This document shows, one piece after another, positions 26,168 to 35,918 of a stretch of DNA of 64,000 bases. The stretch lies in the IMG/VR virus record IMGVR_UViG_3300037246_001555, positions 23,490 to 87,489 of that record, one strand, 5' to 3'. Both the position numbers and the translations under genes were made by a program. Below the pieces are notes generated by a model that saw nothing but the letters and a program-made list of their open reading frames with translations, was not told the origin of the DNA and did not search any database. Within the stretch, counting starts at the first letter, position 1; every line of letters begins with the position of its first letter. Source of the DNA: a virus.

Positions 26168-26901
26168 CCCCAGAGCGCCTCTAGTGCCGGGCACACAGGG
26201 AAGTCTTCAATCCGCTCGCGCAATGCGGGCAACTCCTTCAACAAATCCAGATCAATCAGTTCGCCGGGGTGGTAGGAGCGCTTAGCCTTCCTGCTGATGC
26301 GCCGAGTTGCGTCCTCCTCCTTGGGGGAGCGTAGGGCGTTGTGCATGTGCCAGCAGGTGATATCAGGGAACCATAGCTCCGACTTCTCGTTCTGTTTGTA
26401 ACCGGACCGCTCGCCCGGATGAGTGCCCGACCAGAAGGCATCTCGGGTATACAGGCGGTGGTGGCTGCGACGCCGGTCGTATTGCTTCGTTAGAGCCTCG
26501 TTCACCTCCACCCGCTTGAATACTCCAAACTTGTACGTCTCCTCCACCATCATGTAGTGATGTTGAAGATCATCGGCGGCACCACTTATCTTGCCTAGAT
26601 CCTCGGGAGTATAAAGCTCATCACCGTCGAGAATGAAGTAGATGTCCCTGCGGCCTTCGGCGATCATGCTGTTCCGGAACGCCCCCTGGACCTCCGGCTC
26701 CACGTGAGGCATCTTCCGAACGAACAAGTCGGCCTTCCCGTCCATGCGAGCTGTAAACCAGTCGATGATGTCGCGAGTGTTATCTGTGCTTCCAACGTCG
26801 TAGATAACGTAGGAGTCGAAGAAGCCCTCAGTCTGCTTTAGAACATAGGGCAGAAAATACTCCTCGTTTTTCACGAGTACCATTACGCTAGGGTTGCTCA
26901 T
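26164..26901 (-). CDS. Glycosyltransferase family 2-like
   Basis: VKNEE.FL, YDVGSTDNT, ILDGDE (DxD). Confidence 0.85.
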   Translation of the reverse strand: MSNPSVMVLVKNEEYFLPYVLKQTEGFFDSYVIYDVGSTDNTRDIIDWFTARMDGKADLFVRKMPHVEPEVQGAFRNSMIAEGRRDIYFILDGDELYTPEDLGKISGAADDLQHHYMMVEETYKFGVFKRVEVNEALTKQYDRRRSHHRLYTRDAFWSGTHPGERSGYKQNEKSELWFPDITCWHMHNALRSPKEEDATRRISRKAKRSYHPGELIDLDLLKELPALRERIEDFPVCPALEALWG

Positions 26902-27239
26902 AGATGTCTCACGTCAACGGGGATGCCGTCATCTGCGAAGTCACAGACGATATCTATATCGTTTTTAACGGAGGGTGAATTAGACCATAGGATGAGTGCG
27001 CGGTCGATCTTAGACCCTTCGACATGAAACTTGACACTAAGATCGACAACCTCCCAACCCAGCTCCCGGGCGATAGTGACCGCTGCGGCTTCAACTCCTT
27101 GGTGTCCGCTGTGGAGTAGGGTGTGAGAGGGAGGATTCGCTGCGGTTCCTATCATTCTATACCCTCGGATCAGGTGTTGCAGTTTATCGAACTCTTTCCC
27201 GGTCACCCAGTCGGGCGGGCCTGTTACGTAAAGTCTCAT
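26898..27239 (-). CDS. SLOG-superfamily (YspA-like) protein
   Basis: YVTG..DW...LLHSG..GVE..A..IARELG. Confidence 0.55.
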   Translation of the reverse strand: MRLYVTGPPDWVTGKEFDKLQHLIRGYRMIGTAANPPSHTLLHSGHQGVEAAAVTIARELGWEVVDLSVKFHVEGSKIDRALILWSNSPSVKNDIDIVCDFADDGIPVDVRHL

Positions 27240-28132
27240 GATTGTACGACCTCCAAGATTTGATCAACTCGATTTTCCACTAGGTGGTGTTGCTTTACCT
27301 CAAGGTAAGCGCTCGCCGCAATCACGTTAGCTGCGTTGGGATTATCCATTACCCACCGCATTGCCACTTCAAGTCCCGCGTGGGAATACGCATGATAAGG
27401 GATGAAATGCACTCCCGGCCGGAATAGCTTTTCCGTGCCGGAGCGGGCATCTATGTCATTTATCAGCGGCTTCATCATGAGCATTGACTCCACTACCCTG
27501 AGATTGGGGCCATCGTGCTTCTGACAGTGATTAAAGAGGTGCCGGCACTGAGCCATAGCTTCTGCTGTCTGCGGCCAACGATGTTTGATCCCGGGACCCA
27601 CTTGTCGTGCTTCGACCGTCCAACCGTTGTTTTTGGCTATCTCAACCATTGGATTTGCCCTTGAGAGCCCGCCTTTTGAGCCGAAAAAACCGAAGTCGAA
27701 CGCCTCTTTTTCGCATGTTTCCGCGTATTGCTTCCCATCGAACCATTTCAGGTCCGTGAAGTTGGGACACCAATGAGCACTGGAATGTCCCGCGAACAAG
27801 TCCCTCTTGTCCCAGACCGCGTAGAATACATGGTCGTAGTTCTTGCCTACTCGATGGTGTACCGTAGGCCAGCCATGCGAGTCGATGAACATCACGGCGC
27901 TGGGAACAGGCAGCTTCCCCTCCTGAGCTTGCCACAGCAGCTCCCCCTTCTCGTTACGGCCACAGTCGATGTCGAGCACTAAGTCAACTCCGTCGTAGTT
28001 GGCTTCAATACTCTTGGGGGCGTCCACCACCTCATGGCCCTTCTCGCGGAGGACTCGCACAATAGACCCCGAGTAGGTGTCCACCCGTTTGTTTGATCTA
28101 GTTATCCAGTTCCGCGTGACCATGATGTTCAT
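27236..28132 (-). CDS. Glycosyltransferase, CgeB-like GT-B fold
   Basis: DFGFFGS, FN......NLRVVE, A..IA..AY..V..HH....RV. Confidence 0.75.
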   Translation of the reverse strand: MNIMVTRNWITRSNKRVDTYSGSIVRVLREKGHEVVDAPKSIEANYDGVDLVLDIDCGRNEKGELLWQAQEGKLPVPSAVMFIDSHGWPTVHHRVGKNYDHVFYAVWDKRDLFAGHSSAHWCPNFTDLKWFDGKQYAETCEKEAFDFGFFGSKGGLSRANPMVEIAKNNGWTVEARQVGPGIKHRWPQTAEAMAQCRHLFNHCQKHDGPNLRVVESMLMMKPLINDIDARSGTEKLFRPGVHFIPYHAYSHAGLEVAMRWVMDNPNAANVIAASAYLEVKQHHLVENRVDQILEVVQS

Positions 28133-28500
28133 TGCTGGCTCTTCGCCTTCTTTCTGAGTGCTGCGACGGCGGCTCTTTCCCTACCTAGTTGGTTCCAGTT
28201 GATATAGCCGCTTTCAGTCATCATCGCTCCAATCGACCGCCTCTTCAAACGGAGAATTTTGTCGTATTCACGTATGATTTTGCTTCCTACTAGATCAACC
28301 CTGGCGATTTCTTTCTTTAGTTTGGCTTGTGTGTTTTCTAGGTCCTTCTCCATTACTGAAAGCCGGTTACGCTCCTTGCGCTCTAGTTTTAGCTGTGCGC
28401 GTAGGTTAGCGAGTTCCTCCTTGAAGTCCTTGCGAACCGCCTTTTTGGCCTCCTTGAAGACGCTTGCCATGATCATATCAGAACCTGTTGTCGTTGCCAT
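28129..28500 (-). CDS. Hypothetical coiled-coil basic protein
   Basis: ORF coupled to neighbours on both sides. Confidence 0.55.
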   Translation of the reverse strand: MATTTGSDMIMASVFKEAKKAVRKDFKEELANLRAQLKLERKERNRLSVMEKDLENTQAKLKKEIARVDLVGSKIIREYDKILRLKRRSIGAMMTESGYINWNQLGRERAAVAALRKKAKSQQ

Positions 28501-29195
28501 TACTTGCTCCCTTCTCTAAATCCTTGTTCGAACGCTTGTGCTCTTTTGAGGGCGTACTCTGGCGTCCTCGTAGCGTGTTTGAGCTTTGCTAGTGCTCCCT
28601 TATATCCCTTCCTGTACCTACGTCGTACCTTTCTAGCCCGACGAAGTGCCATGCCCCGCTTCAGGCTGGAAAGGCGGTCAATGAAGCAGAACCCCATCAG
28701 GTGATCCATTTCGTGCTGAATCACAATCGCCTCATAGCCTTCGAACCACTCGTGGTGTGCTTCACCTTCGAAATCCAACCACTCCAGCTCCAGCTTATCC
28801 AGCCGCCGTACGGGGTTCCGGTAACCGTAGGGGAAGGACAGGCAACCCTCGCCCGGCCACTGGAGCTGTTGGGCTCCCTGACCAATGTCAGTGATCCTCG
28901 GATTGAGAAACACGCGGGGCGTCTTTGAGGCGTCCTCTTCCGTCCACTTGGTATCCATGACAAAGATCTGGAAGGGGATGCCTGTTTGTTGTGCTGCAAG
29001 GCCGACACCGTGGTGCTTGTACATTGCCTGGATCATGGCTTCGGCCGTATCACGAACCAGCTCGGTGCCCAGGCCCTCCTCAGGGAATGGCGCAACCGGC
29101 ATCTTCAGGGTCTCGTCAGGCCAGATAACCAGCCTCAGCTCAGGCTTCTCTTCTTCCGCCTCAGGTGCGGGAGTGTTAGGGTCAGGTTCAGTCAT
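28500..29195 (-). CDS. def: Peptide deformylase
   Basis: GVGLAAQQ, EGCLS and QHEMDHL motifs. Confidence 0.95.
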   Translation of the reverse strand: MTEPDPNTPAPEAEEEKPELRLVIWPDETLKMPVAPFPEEGLGTELVRDTAEAMIQAMYKHHGVGLAAQQTGIPFQIFVMDTKWTEEDASKTPRVFLNPRITDIGQGAQQLQWPGEGCLSFPYGYRNPVRRLDKLELEWLDFEGEAHHEWFEGYEAIVIQHEMDHLMGFCFIDRLSSLKRGMALRRARKVRRRYRKGYKGALAKLKHATRTPEYALKRAQAFEQGFREGSK

Positions 29196-29767
29196 TTACT
29201 TTTCTCCGGCAAGTCATTGATGCTGGCGAACTCTCCGAAGTACTCCACCGCTGCTTTGTCATAGGCGGCAGCCGCATCCTCTTCTACGTAGTACGTCCCC
29301 AAGTTGATATGCCTGTGCTCCTGCGTGATCGTGGCCCGCCAGCACTTCTTGCGTCCATCCGTGATCTTAGACACTCCCTTGTAACTAGAGGATGGTTTTC
29401 CCCCGGCTTGTGTGCGCCGCTTCCTCTTGTTGGCCTCGTTATCGCTACGGGTAGCGAGGCGTAGATTTGCGCGACGGTTGTCCAGCTTATCCCCGTTTAT
29501 GTGGTCGATTAGGAATCCACGCGGCAGCGGTGCCCCGAGCATACGCTCCCACACCTCGTTGTGCAGGTAGTACTCCCCGCTTGCCCTACCGGCCTTCCAC
29601 CTACGGATTGCGTAGTAGTGAGGGAACTCCTTGGAGCCGGCCGTCTTTAGACGCCAATCCCCACTCAGAAGCTCCTCGTCCTCCTCATCAATCCAGCTAA
29701 TCAGGCCCGAATCGCCCAGAGGTACTTCGATGATGCCGTCGTCCTCTTCTTCGTACTCTTCTGTCAT
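29192..29767 (-). CDS. HNH-AP2 homing endonuclease
   Basis: DHINGDKLDNRRANLR plus an AP2 domain (SSYKGV..WRA.I..LG.Y..EEDAAAAYD). Confidence 0.92.
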   Translation of the reverse strand: MTEEYEEEDDGIIEVPLGDSGLISWIDEEDEELLSGDWRLKTAGSKEFPHYYAIRRWKAGRASGEYYLHNEVWERMLGAPLPRGFLIDHINGDKLDNRRANLRLATRSDNEANKRKRRTQAGGKPSSSYKGVSKITDGRKKCWRATITQEHRHINLGTYYVEEDAAAAYDKAAVEYFGEFASINDLPEKSK

Positions 29768-29982
29768 TGTCCGAAGATCGCCTTAGCCATCAACATCACT
29801 ACGTAGATGAATCCGAGAGTTGCGCCTATTGAAAGTGCGGAAATTCCAACCCAGACAGCGATCATCAGGCCCGCCGCGTGCTTTACGGTTTTCTCTGATG
29901 CCTTCAACAGAGACTCTAGTGCTTCATCGTCTTCAAAGAAGTCCTTACCAAAGTCGTCAAAGTTCGTTTGAGATTCTCTCAT
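29764..29982 (-). CDS. Small membrane protein
   Basis: Acidic N-terminus, C-terminal TM segment; GGGAG RBS. Confidence 0.55.
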   Translation of the reverse strand: MRESQTNFDDFGKDFFEDDEALESLLKASEKTVKHAAGLMIAVWVGISALSIGATLGFIYVVMLMAKAIFGQ

Positions 29983-29992
29983 GTTGTTCTCC

Positions 29993-30757
29993 CTATTCTA
30001 GTACCAGATCGCAGTACGTGTACTCTTTGCGCTGAAGCTCTTTCAGCACTTGCCGGTTACGGCGGAGTTGATCCGATACGTCTATCTCCCATCGCCCCCC
30101 CTCGGTGTCCCCGAGCTGAACGATCTTGTCTCGGGCTTCCTTGATGTCCACCCACCGGGCTGGGTGGTTTATCAAGCCTGATCTGGCGACGCGGTTGCTC
30201 CACTCTCCGTGGGCGTAGCCCGCTCCCCGGAATAGAGGGTTGAAGGCTCCCACGGTCTGCACGACAGTCGAGGTTAGGAAGGTTAAATCCCCCCTGGGAC
30301 TTGGCCCATAAATTGGTGTGAGGGACGCTTCTGCCATGTAGGCCGAAAACGCCGGCACCTCCTCAGGTATCTCCTTGTCCTGCACGCGGCAAAAGTGATG
30401 GATACCGGATAGTATGGCCGCTGCTTCGTATGCCTCAAACCAGCCCCGCTCTGTAGGCTTCAAATCGTCCTCTAGGATGCACAAGAGATGACAGTCCTGT
30501 AGTGCCCACAGAGCGCGGTTCTTGTTGGCTGCCACGCCTTTGTTCGGGCCTTGGAGTAGGAGCACGTCTTGGCGCCTGGCTATCTGACTAACTGTTTCAC
30601 CATGACCGTCATATGCTTGGGAAGCCGCTTCATCTGACCCATCATCGCAAATCACGACGCGAGTACCGGCTGGGGCCGTGCGCTTGACCGCCTTAACGAT
30701 CTCCTCAAGACGGTCCAGTCGGTTGTAGTGACAGACGGCAACTCCGCGCTTGATCAT
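29993..30757 (-). CDS. Glycosyltransferase family 2
   Basis: HYNR, ICDDGSD, N.GVA.NKN, LEDD, VGAFN..F...GY.H. Confidence 0.88.
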   Translation of the reverse strand: MIKRGVAVCHYNRLDRLEEIVKAVKRTAPAGTRVVICDDGSDEAASQAYDGHGETVSQIARRQDVLLLQGPNKGVAANKNRALWALQDCHLLCILEDDLKPTERGWFEAYEAAAILSGIHHFCRVQDKEIPEEVPAFSAYMAEASLTPIYGPSPRGDLTFLTSTVVQTVGAFNPLFRGAGYAHGEWSNRVARSGLINHPARWVDIKEARDKIVQLGDTEGGRWEIDVSDQLRRNRQVLKELQRKEYTYCDLVLE

Positions 30758-30972
30758 TCTGAGTCCTCGAACTGAAACCATCCTGGGCTAATGAGCATCT
30801 TCGTGGCCTCTCGGAGAGTTTCTACCGCGGGTCCGGTTTCCTCGTACACAAATGCCTTCTCCACGGCCATCCTCAGAGCGGTAGGCAGGGTGGTGTGCCT
30901 TAGCATCGCCTCCACTACTCCGTCGTCTTGTGTGATGTGTCTGATGGCGTCAATAAGTTCGGTCTTGGTCAC
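30754..30972 (-). CDS. Hypothetical protein
   Basis: ORF filling the gap between coupled genes. Confidence 0.5.
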   Translation of the reverse strand: MTKTELIDAIRHITQDDGVVEAMLRHTTLPTALRMAVEKAFVYEETGPAVETLREATKMLISPGWFQFEDSE

Positions 30973-30973
30973 G

Positions 30974-31372
30974 TTAGATTTCTCCCACTATGTTGTCTTC
31001 GATTATGTCATCGAGGGCGTCACTATTTAAGACGGAGGTGTAGCTGTACTTTTTGCCGGTTCTATGATCCGTGACTCGTTGCTTGGGCTCGTTATACGAT
31101 CTTACTCTATCGGAGACTGAACGACCCTTAGGCTGAACGCCCCGTGCAAGATCTTTCATGATCGGCACCAACTTCGCAGCCAACCGCCGAAATGCCTCTT
31201 TGCGGTTTTGAGGCTGTTTCTTGTGGTCTTCACACTGCGACGTGATGCCAGTAGGCAAGTGAGTCATCCGGCAGGCTGAATCTGTCTTGTTTCGGTGCTG
31301 TCCTCCCGCGCCGCTTCCTCGGTAGTAGTCGATTCTCAAATCGCTTTTACGGACCGTCTGGGGCCAAGCCAT
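30974..31372 (-). CDS. Truncated class I peptide chain release factor (GGQ domain only)
   Basis: RGSGAGGQHRNKTDSACRMTHLPTG and RVRSYN.P..RVTDHR. Confidence 0.9.
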   Translation of the reverse strand: MAWPQTVRKSDLRIDYYRGSGAGGQHRNKTDSACRMTHLPTGITSQCEDHKKQPQNRKEAFRRLAAKLVPIMKDLARGVQPKGRSVSDRVRSYNEPKQRVTDHRTGKKYSYTSVLNSDALDDIIEDNIVGEI

Positions 31373-31375
31373 GAC

Positions 31376-34300
31376 TTACTCCTTCTCCGCAAGAACGGTG
31401 TTAATCACCTGATTGAGCTTGTTCCGAAACCTGATCGGGCTGGCTGCTTCCGAAGCCGTTTTGTGCCCGCCAACCACTAGCTTAGTGAACAGTGCCTCGT
31501 CCTCAACCAGTTCCGTAACCAGCTCTCCGCCACGTTGAGCGTCCCCCACAGGATAGAGCAGGCAGTTCTCCCTATCCTTCAGGAACTCAGCGCCTGTGTC
31601 GGTGGTAACAACCGCAACCCCAGCACTCATCGCCTCCAAGGATAGTCGGCCTAGGCCCTCAGTATGGCTAGCCCCGAACCAGACGGTTAGCTGCTTGAGG
31701 ACGAAAGCCATGTCTTTCCGTGAGGCGCTCCTAATGTACTGCATGTGCCAGGGCACCCGCGCCTTCATCTCACCAAAGCCAACAGCTTGGAAATTAGCCT
31801 CGTACTTCTTCTTCAGCGCGTCTATCACAGCCATTGCTTCTGGCGTCCCCTTGAGGGGGTGGTCATGAACCAAAGTGCCGAGACGGAACCCTGCTTCGCC
31901 GCTGCCGTAGGTGCGGTTGGTGGGAGGCATATTGAACATCTCGTGTCCATAGTGGTACCACCCAACCACGGTGACCTTGTCCTCCGGCCAAGCCTTATGG
32001 TCCCAGTCATCTACCGGATTGATACACGCACCGCGAAGCCACTCGGTGCTCGTCATGATGTGGTCCCAAGGCAGATTCAGGTTATCGTTCTCGGTCTTCT
32101 TGAACCTAGCGTTGTGACTCAACTTGTACATGATGAACTTCTTGTTGGGGAAGTCCGTCATGAGCTTCTCGGCAAACGGGTTGTCCGAGTTGATGATCAC
32201 GACCTCTACGTCTTCCGGCACCTCTTCCCACGCGGTACGAACATTGATCCTCTTCGCCATGTTCAGAACCTCAGGGTTCCAGTCGGTGTAAATAGTGGAC
32301 AGCTCCACATTGTGTCCTAGCGCCTGGATCTGCTTGGCGGCCGAGATGATAGTGGTCGGTCCGCCGTGCTTGCGTAGATGCGGAGTGACCACCTCGATGC
32401 GGGTCTTGTTCACTTCAGGCTCAGGCGGAAACACGAAGTTGATGAAGCGCTTCACTGTCTCGTGGCGGTTAACTGATTTATGCAGAAGCGCTCTTCTTAC
32501 CCCCTTCTTTTCTTTCCATGAGAGGGCGAGATTTGCCGCCCTTCCCGGCCTGTCCTGTACCGTGACGCGCGTATCCCAAGCCTCCTCGTACTCGTGGATA
32601 CCCTTGTTCTCTCGGGTGATAACGCGGCACCCCGAGACTAGCGCCTCCAGTCCAGGCATCCCGTAGGAGTGGATCTCGGAGGGGTCTACGAACACGTCCA
32701 CCTCACTGCCTAGAAGCGCCGCCATCTTTGCTTGTGAGAGGTTGCCGACACAAGTGACGCCTCGCCGCCCCGGCAGCGCCTTGGGGCCGATTGCTAGCAC
32801 GCGAATGTCGGGTCTTTTTTCCGGCTTTAAAGCGTCAAGAAACTCAAAGGCCCAGTCCTTTCCCTTGAATGGGTAGATATCGTTGATCAAAATAGCGATG
32901 GTGTATCGCTCATCTCCGTCTTCACGATTGCGCATGTGGAACAAGTCCATATTTACCCCAGGCAAAATAACCCCAGGCACAGCAGCCCCGATGTTCCGAA
33001 GCTCTTTAGCGATCCAGTTGGAGGCGCAGATGTTAGGTAGCCTCTTGTACGACTCCAGAAAAGCCGGGATCAAGTCCTCTCTACCCGTGCTAGTAGCTAG
33101 GGCAACGTCGTAGCTTTGGACGAAGTTAAGGCCCTCGATACCCTTATAGCTTTGATCAATGTCCCACACCAGAGGGGTTAACTCAGTTACGGCGGCAAAT
33201 ACCTTACCGTTCATGAAGACTCGTTGGGTGAAGGTAGAGGTGAACTCGTCATGGCTTTTGAACAGAATCGGGGCTGTCCGAAGGTTGCTGACCACTTGAA
33301 GGTTGAGGGGTTTTTCCTCATCATAGCTCTCTAGCACTACGCAGACCTTAGCGTTGTACCCGTTCTCGATTAGTTCATTTACGATATCAGCGATGAAGTT
33401 CATGCCCCCGCACGTCCCTGCGGACTTAACTACGAAGGCAATGTTACCCCGGTAGATTTTCTTGAAGGCCTCTTTTGGCAGCTTGGACCTAAGGTGATCC
33501 ACGCACCCCTTGGCGTCAAAGCCGTTCTGCCACGACCCAAAGTCCGGATGAAGCTCATTGAATCTGGAGCTGCCACTCTTGCGCAGCCCCATATGCTCTC
33601 CTTCGCCGAGCTGGCTGAAGCTGGTTCCTCGCTCGTGGAAGACGTAGGCGTTGTCCGCGATTACCCCGCGGTTCCGTAGAATGATCCCCCTCTCGTCCGT
33701 TTGCTTGATGGCTTTGAACCAGAAATCCGTCTCCTCGCCATACGAGATGTATGCTTCATCGAACGGTCCGACTTCCTCCCAAGTGCTTCGGCGCGTAGTG
33801 AAGCAGAAGCCAGTCGGCATGATCTCGTTGTACGTGAGGGCGTTCGGTGCTTTAGCCACCGCGTCCGCCATGTCGATATAGCTGCACCCGTTGTACATGG
33901 ATACGTTCACCAACGCTGTATTGTTGGTTACTGGATTCACGATTACGTTCCGCTCGTCTGCTTCCAGGGCCATGAGCTGCCTCACCAGCCAGCCCTTAGT
34001 CACGATGGTGTCGCTGTTCAAGATGCAGACGTATGGGTTACTGCCTTCGGCCACGCCACGATTAGCCGTCGGCGCGAATCCTCGATTCTTTCGGTTGTAG
34101 AGGACGGTGATAGACGGGTGAGCCTTGTCCTTGACTACCGATTCGAGGTACTTCCGTACAGCAGGATCGGGAGAGCAATCGTCTACAATGATTAGATTGT
34201 AGTCCCACTCGGTTCTCTTGGCGATACTCTCCAGACAAGGCTTCAGAACGTGCAGGCCTCCGTAGACGGGGACCACGATATCCACCGGACCCTTCAGCTT

Positions 34301-34483
34301 CCCAATCGTGTTGAACACGTCCGGTCTAGCTGACGGCGTCTCAGTGGGTAGATTGGCCGCGATAGCTTGAATCATCTCTGGCGTGGGCGCGATCTCAGTC
34401 CGTTTGGACATGAGCTGATCGGTGAATGCCGCGTGGTCCGTCTCGTTGGGTTGGCCCCAGATCCCGTTTCTATCAAAGGGCAT
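31376..34483 (-). CDS. Tri-domain glycosyltransferase (GT2 plus two GT4-like domains)
   Basis: DIVVPVY/DDCS/LNSD GT-A domain; two GT-B repeats (SYGMPGLEAL..GC; EGLGRLSLEAM.AG). Confidence 0.88.
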   Translation of the reverse strand: MPFDRNGIWGQPNETDHAAFTDQLMSKRTEIAPTPEMIQAIAANLPTETPSARPDVFNTIGKLKGPVDIVVPVYGGLHVLKPCLESIAKRTEWDYNLIIVDDCSPDPAVRKYLESVVKDKAHPSITVLYNRKNRGFAPTANRGVAEGSNPYVCILNSDTIVTKGWLVRQLMALEADERNVIVNPVTNNTALVNVSMYNGCSYIDMADAVAKAPNALTYNEIMPTGFCFTTRRSTWEEVGPFDEAYISYGEETDFWFKAIKQTDERGIILRNRGVIADNAYVFHERGTSFSQLGEGEHMGLRKSGSSRFNELHPDFGSWQNGFDAKGCVDHLRSKLPKEAFKKIYRGNIAFVVKSAGTCGGMNFIADIVNELIENGYNAKVCVVLESYDEEKPLNLQVVSNLRTAPILFKSHDEFTSTFTQRVFMNGKVFAAVTELTPLVWDIDQSYKGIEGLNFVQSYDVALATSTGREDLIPAFLESYKRLPNICASNWIAKELRNIGAAVPGVILPGVNMDLFHMRNREDGDERYTIAILINDIYPFKGKDWAFEFLDALKPEKRPDIRVLAIGPKALPGRRGVTCVGNLSQAKMAALLGSEVDVFVDPSEIHSYGMPGLEALVSGCRVITRENKGIHEYEEAWDTRVTVQDRPGRAANLALSWKEKKGVRRALLHKSVNRHETVKRFINFVFPPEPEVNKTRIEVVTPHLRKHGGPTTIISAAKQIQALGHNVELSTIYTDWNPEVLNMAKRINVRTAWEEVPEDVEVVIINSDNPFAEKLMTDFPNKKFIMYKLSHNARFKKTENDNLNLPWDHIMTSTEWLRGACINPVDDWDHKAWPEDKVTVVGWYHYGHEMFNMPPTNRTYGSGEAGFRLGTLVHDHPLKGTPEAMAVIDALKKKYEANFQAVGFGEMKARVPWHMQYIRSASRKDMAFVLKQLTVWFGASHTEGLGRLSLEAMSAGVAVVTTDTGAEFLKDRENCLLYPVGDAQRGGELVTELVEDEALFTKLVVGGHKTASEAASPIRFRNKLNQVINTVLAEKE

Positions 34484-34485
34484 TA

Positions 34486-34722
34486 CTAATCTCCCACCAC
34501 AAAGACTTCTATTTCCGTTTCGTCTTCATTAGCATTGTCAAGTCCATACCATTCATATAGGTCTCCGTTTTCGGGATTTCCTATTACGCCTACTTTGGCA
34601 CGAGTAACCCAATAAATAGGAAAGTACTCATGATCTCCGCCCGAACTAACTACACGTAAATCGTCGGGTACGTTTTCGAGCGCCTTGCGAAGATCCTTAA
34701 CTGTCACTACTCGCGTTGCCAT
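34486..34722 (-). CDS. Small acidic hypothetical protein (TV.DLR..LE family)
   Basis: N-terminus resembles 35969-36193. Confidence 0.55.
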   Translation of the reverse strand: MATRVVTVKDLRKALENVPDDLRVVSSGGDHEYFPIYWVTRAKVGVIGNPENGDLYEWYGLDNANEDETEIEVFVVGD

Positions 34723-35307
34723 TTACTTCTCCTTCCCTAGCAGTATCCGTTTGACGAATTCGTTTCGCACGTCCTCGCCTTCAGTCTGCGGCACCTCGAT
34801 GACGGGCAAATCCCAGCGAATGCAGTACCCAGCGATGAGGGCGTCGATCTGGCTTTGCCAGCTCATGAGGTTTTGACGGACGCCGTCGCTTTCCCCTTCC
34901 CAGTAGCCCCAGGGGAAATAGAAGATGTGGCTGTAGGTAGAGAGCATTGAGGCGCGAACCTTCTCTTCGAACTCAAGGTATGTGTTGTCCGGCATGAAAC
35001 CACCGCAGTAGGCCAGGCAGTAGCAGTAGTGATCGAGTATTGTCCTGTCCGCTACATAGCTGAAATTTTGATCTTGCCTGAACTTCTCATCGAAGATTCT
35101 GGTTTGGAGCGATAGTTTTCCGTTGTCCGGTAGGGCCAACACTGAATTTTCGGTTAGATCTTCCGACTCGTAGATGATCCTCGCGGCGCTCTTGAGCAGG
35201 GGAAGGTCCAGCTCTCTAGCGAGGAACTCGGCTGTGGTGGTTTTGCCAACTCCTCCAGCACCCGTGAAAGCGATTCTTGTACCTTGACGAATTGACATAT
35301 TGATCAA
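34723..35307 (-). CDS. P-loop nucleotide kinase (AAA_28 / dNMP kinase-like)
   Basis: FTGAGGVGKTT, DRTILD, DGVR. Confidence 0.8.
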   Translation of the reverse strand: MINMSIRQGTRIAFTGAGGVGKTTTAEFLARELDLPLLKSAARIIYESEDLTENSVLALPDNGKLSLQTRIFDEKFRQDQNFSYVADRTILDHYCYCLAYCGGFMPDNTYLEFEEKVRASMLSTYSHIFYFPWGYWEGESDGVRQNLMSWQSQIDALIAGYCIRWDLPVIEVPQTEGEDVRNEFVKRILLGKEK

Positions 35308-35320
35308 ACCTCCCGAAGGT

Positions 35321-35367
35321 GAAAGTGGGGGGACCCCTCCGTCCCCCCTAGTCGCGGCCCGCGACTA
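35321..35367 (-). terminator. Two hairpins after the secreted-protein gene; probable terminator
   Basis: On the minus strand TAGTCGCG/CGCGACTA, then GGGGGGAC-ggaggg-GTCCCCCC-ACTTTC. Confidence 0.55.
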
Positions 35368-35874
35368 AAAGATGCGACCGATCAGCGGGATCGCCTGGAA
35401 GAAGCGGCGAACCACGTTGTTCCGCCACCGCAGCGTATCGTCAACCCGCTTGAGAGTGCGGTCACCGGCTTCGGTGTCTCCCTGCTCATAGTACATCTGG
35501 GCGAGGGTGAAGAGTAGACACACCTCGTCCGGTCCGCCCATCGAGCCTCCGCCCATCTGAGTATTGGCGGTGAGGCCAGCCTGGCAGGTACCCAGGATCA
35601 GGGTGCTGGGGCTGGAGGCCGAGTTCTCGGCGTCTTCGAACACGACGTTCGAGCTGGAATCGACCTGGGCGCTACCGGCAGTGGCAGAGCTGTTGCCGGA
35701 GCCGAACACGCCAGCACCGGCTGCCGCACCGGCAAAGGCCGTCGAAGAGGCGGCTGCCTCGGAGGTGGAGCCGCCGCCGCAGTTGCCCTTGCAGCTAGAC
35801 TTGTCCTTGCTGGCGAAGGCTGGCCCCGCAAACAGGATGGCAGTCAAAGCCGCCAGAATCGTGAAATATCGCAT
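35365..35874 (-). CDS. Secreted/periplasmic protein
   Basis: Signal peptide ending AFA, Ser/Ala/Gly linker, Cys pairs. Confidence 0.65.
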   Translation of the reverse strand: MRYFTILAALTAILFAGPAFASKDKSSCKGNCGGGSTSEAAASSTAFAGAAAGAGVFGSGNSSATAGSAQVDSSSNVVFEDAENSASSPSTLILGTCQAGLTANTQMGGGSMGGPDEVCLLFTLAQMYYEQGDTEAGDRTLKRVDDTLRWRNNVVRRFFQAIPLIGRIF

Positions 35875-35918
35875 ATTGAGTTTCTCCCTAAAATGAGGTG
35901 TGAGAGATCAATTCGTCT

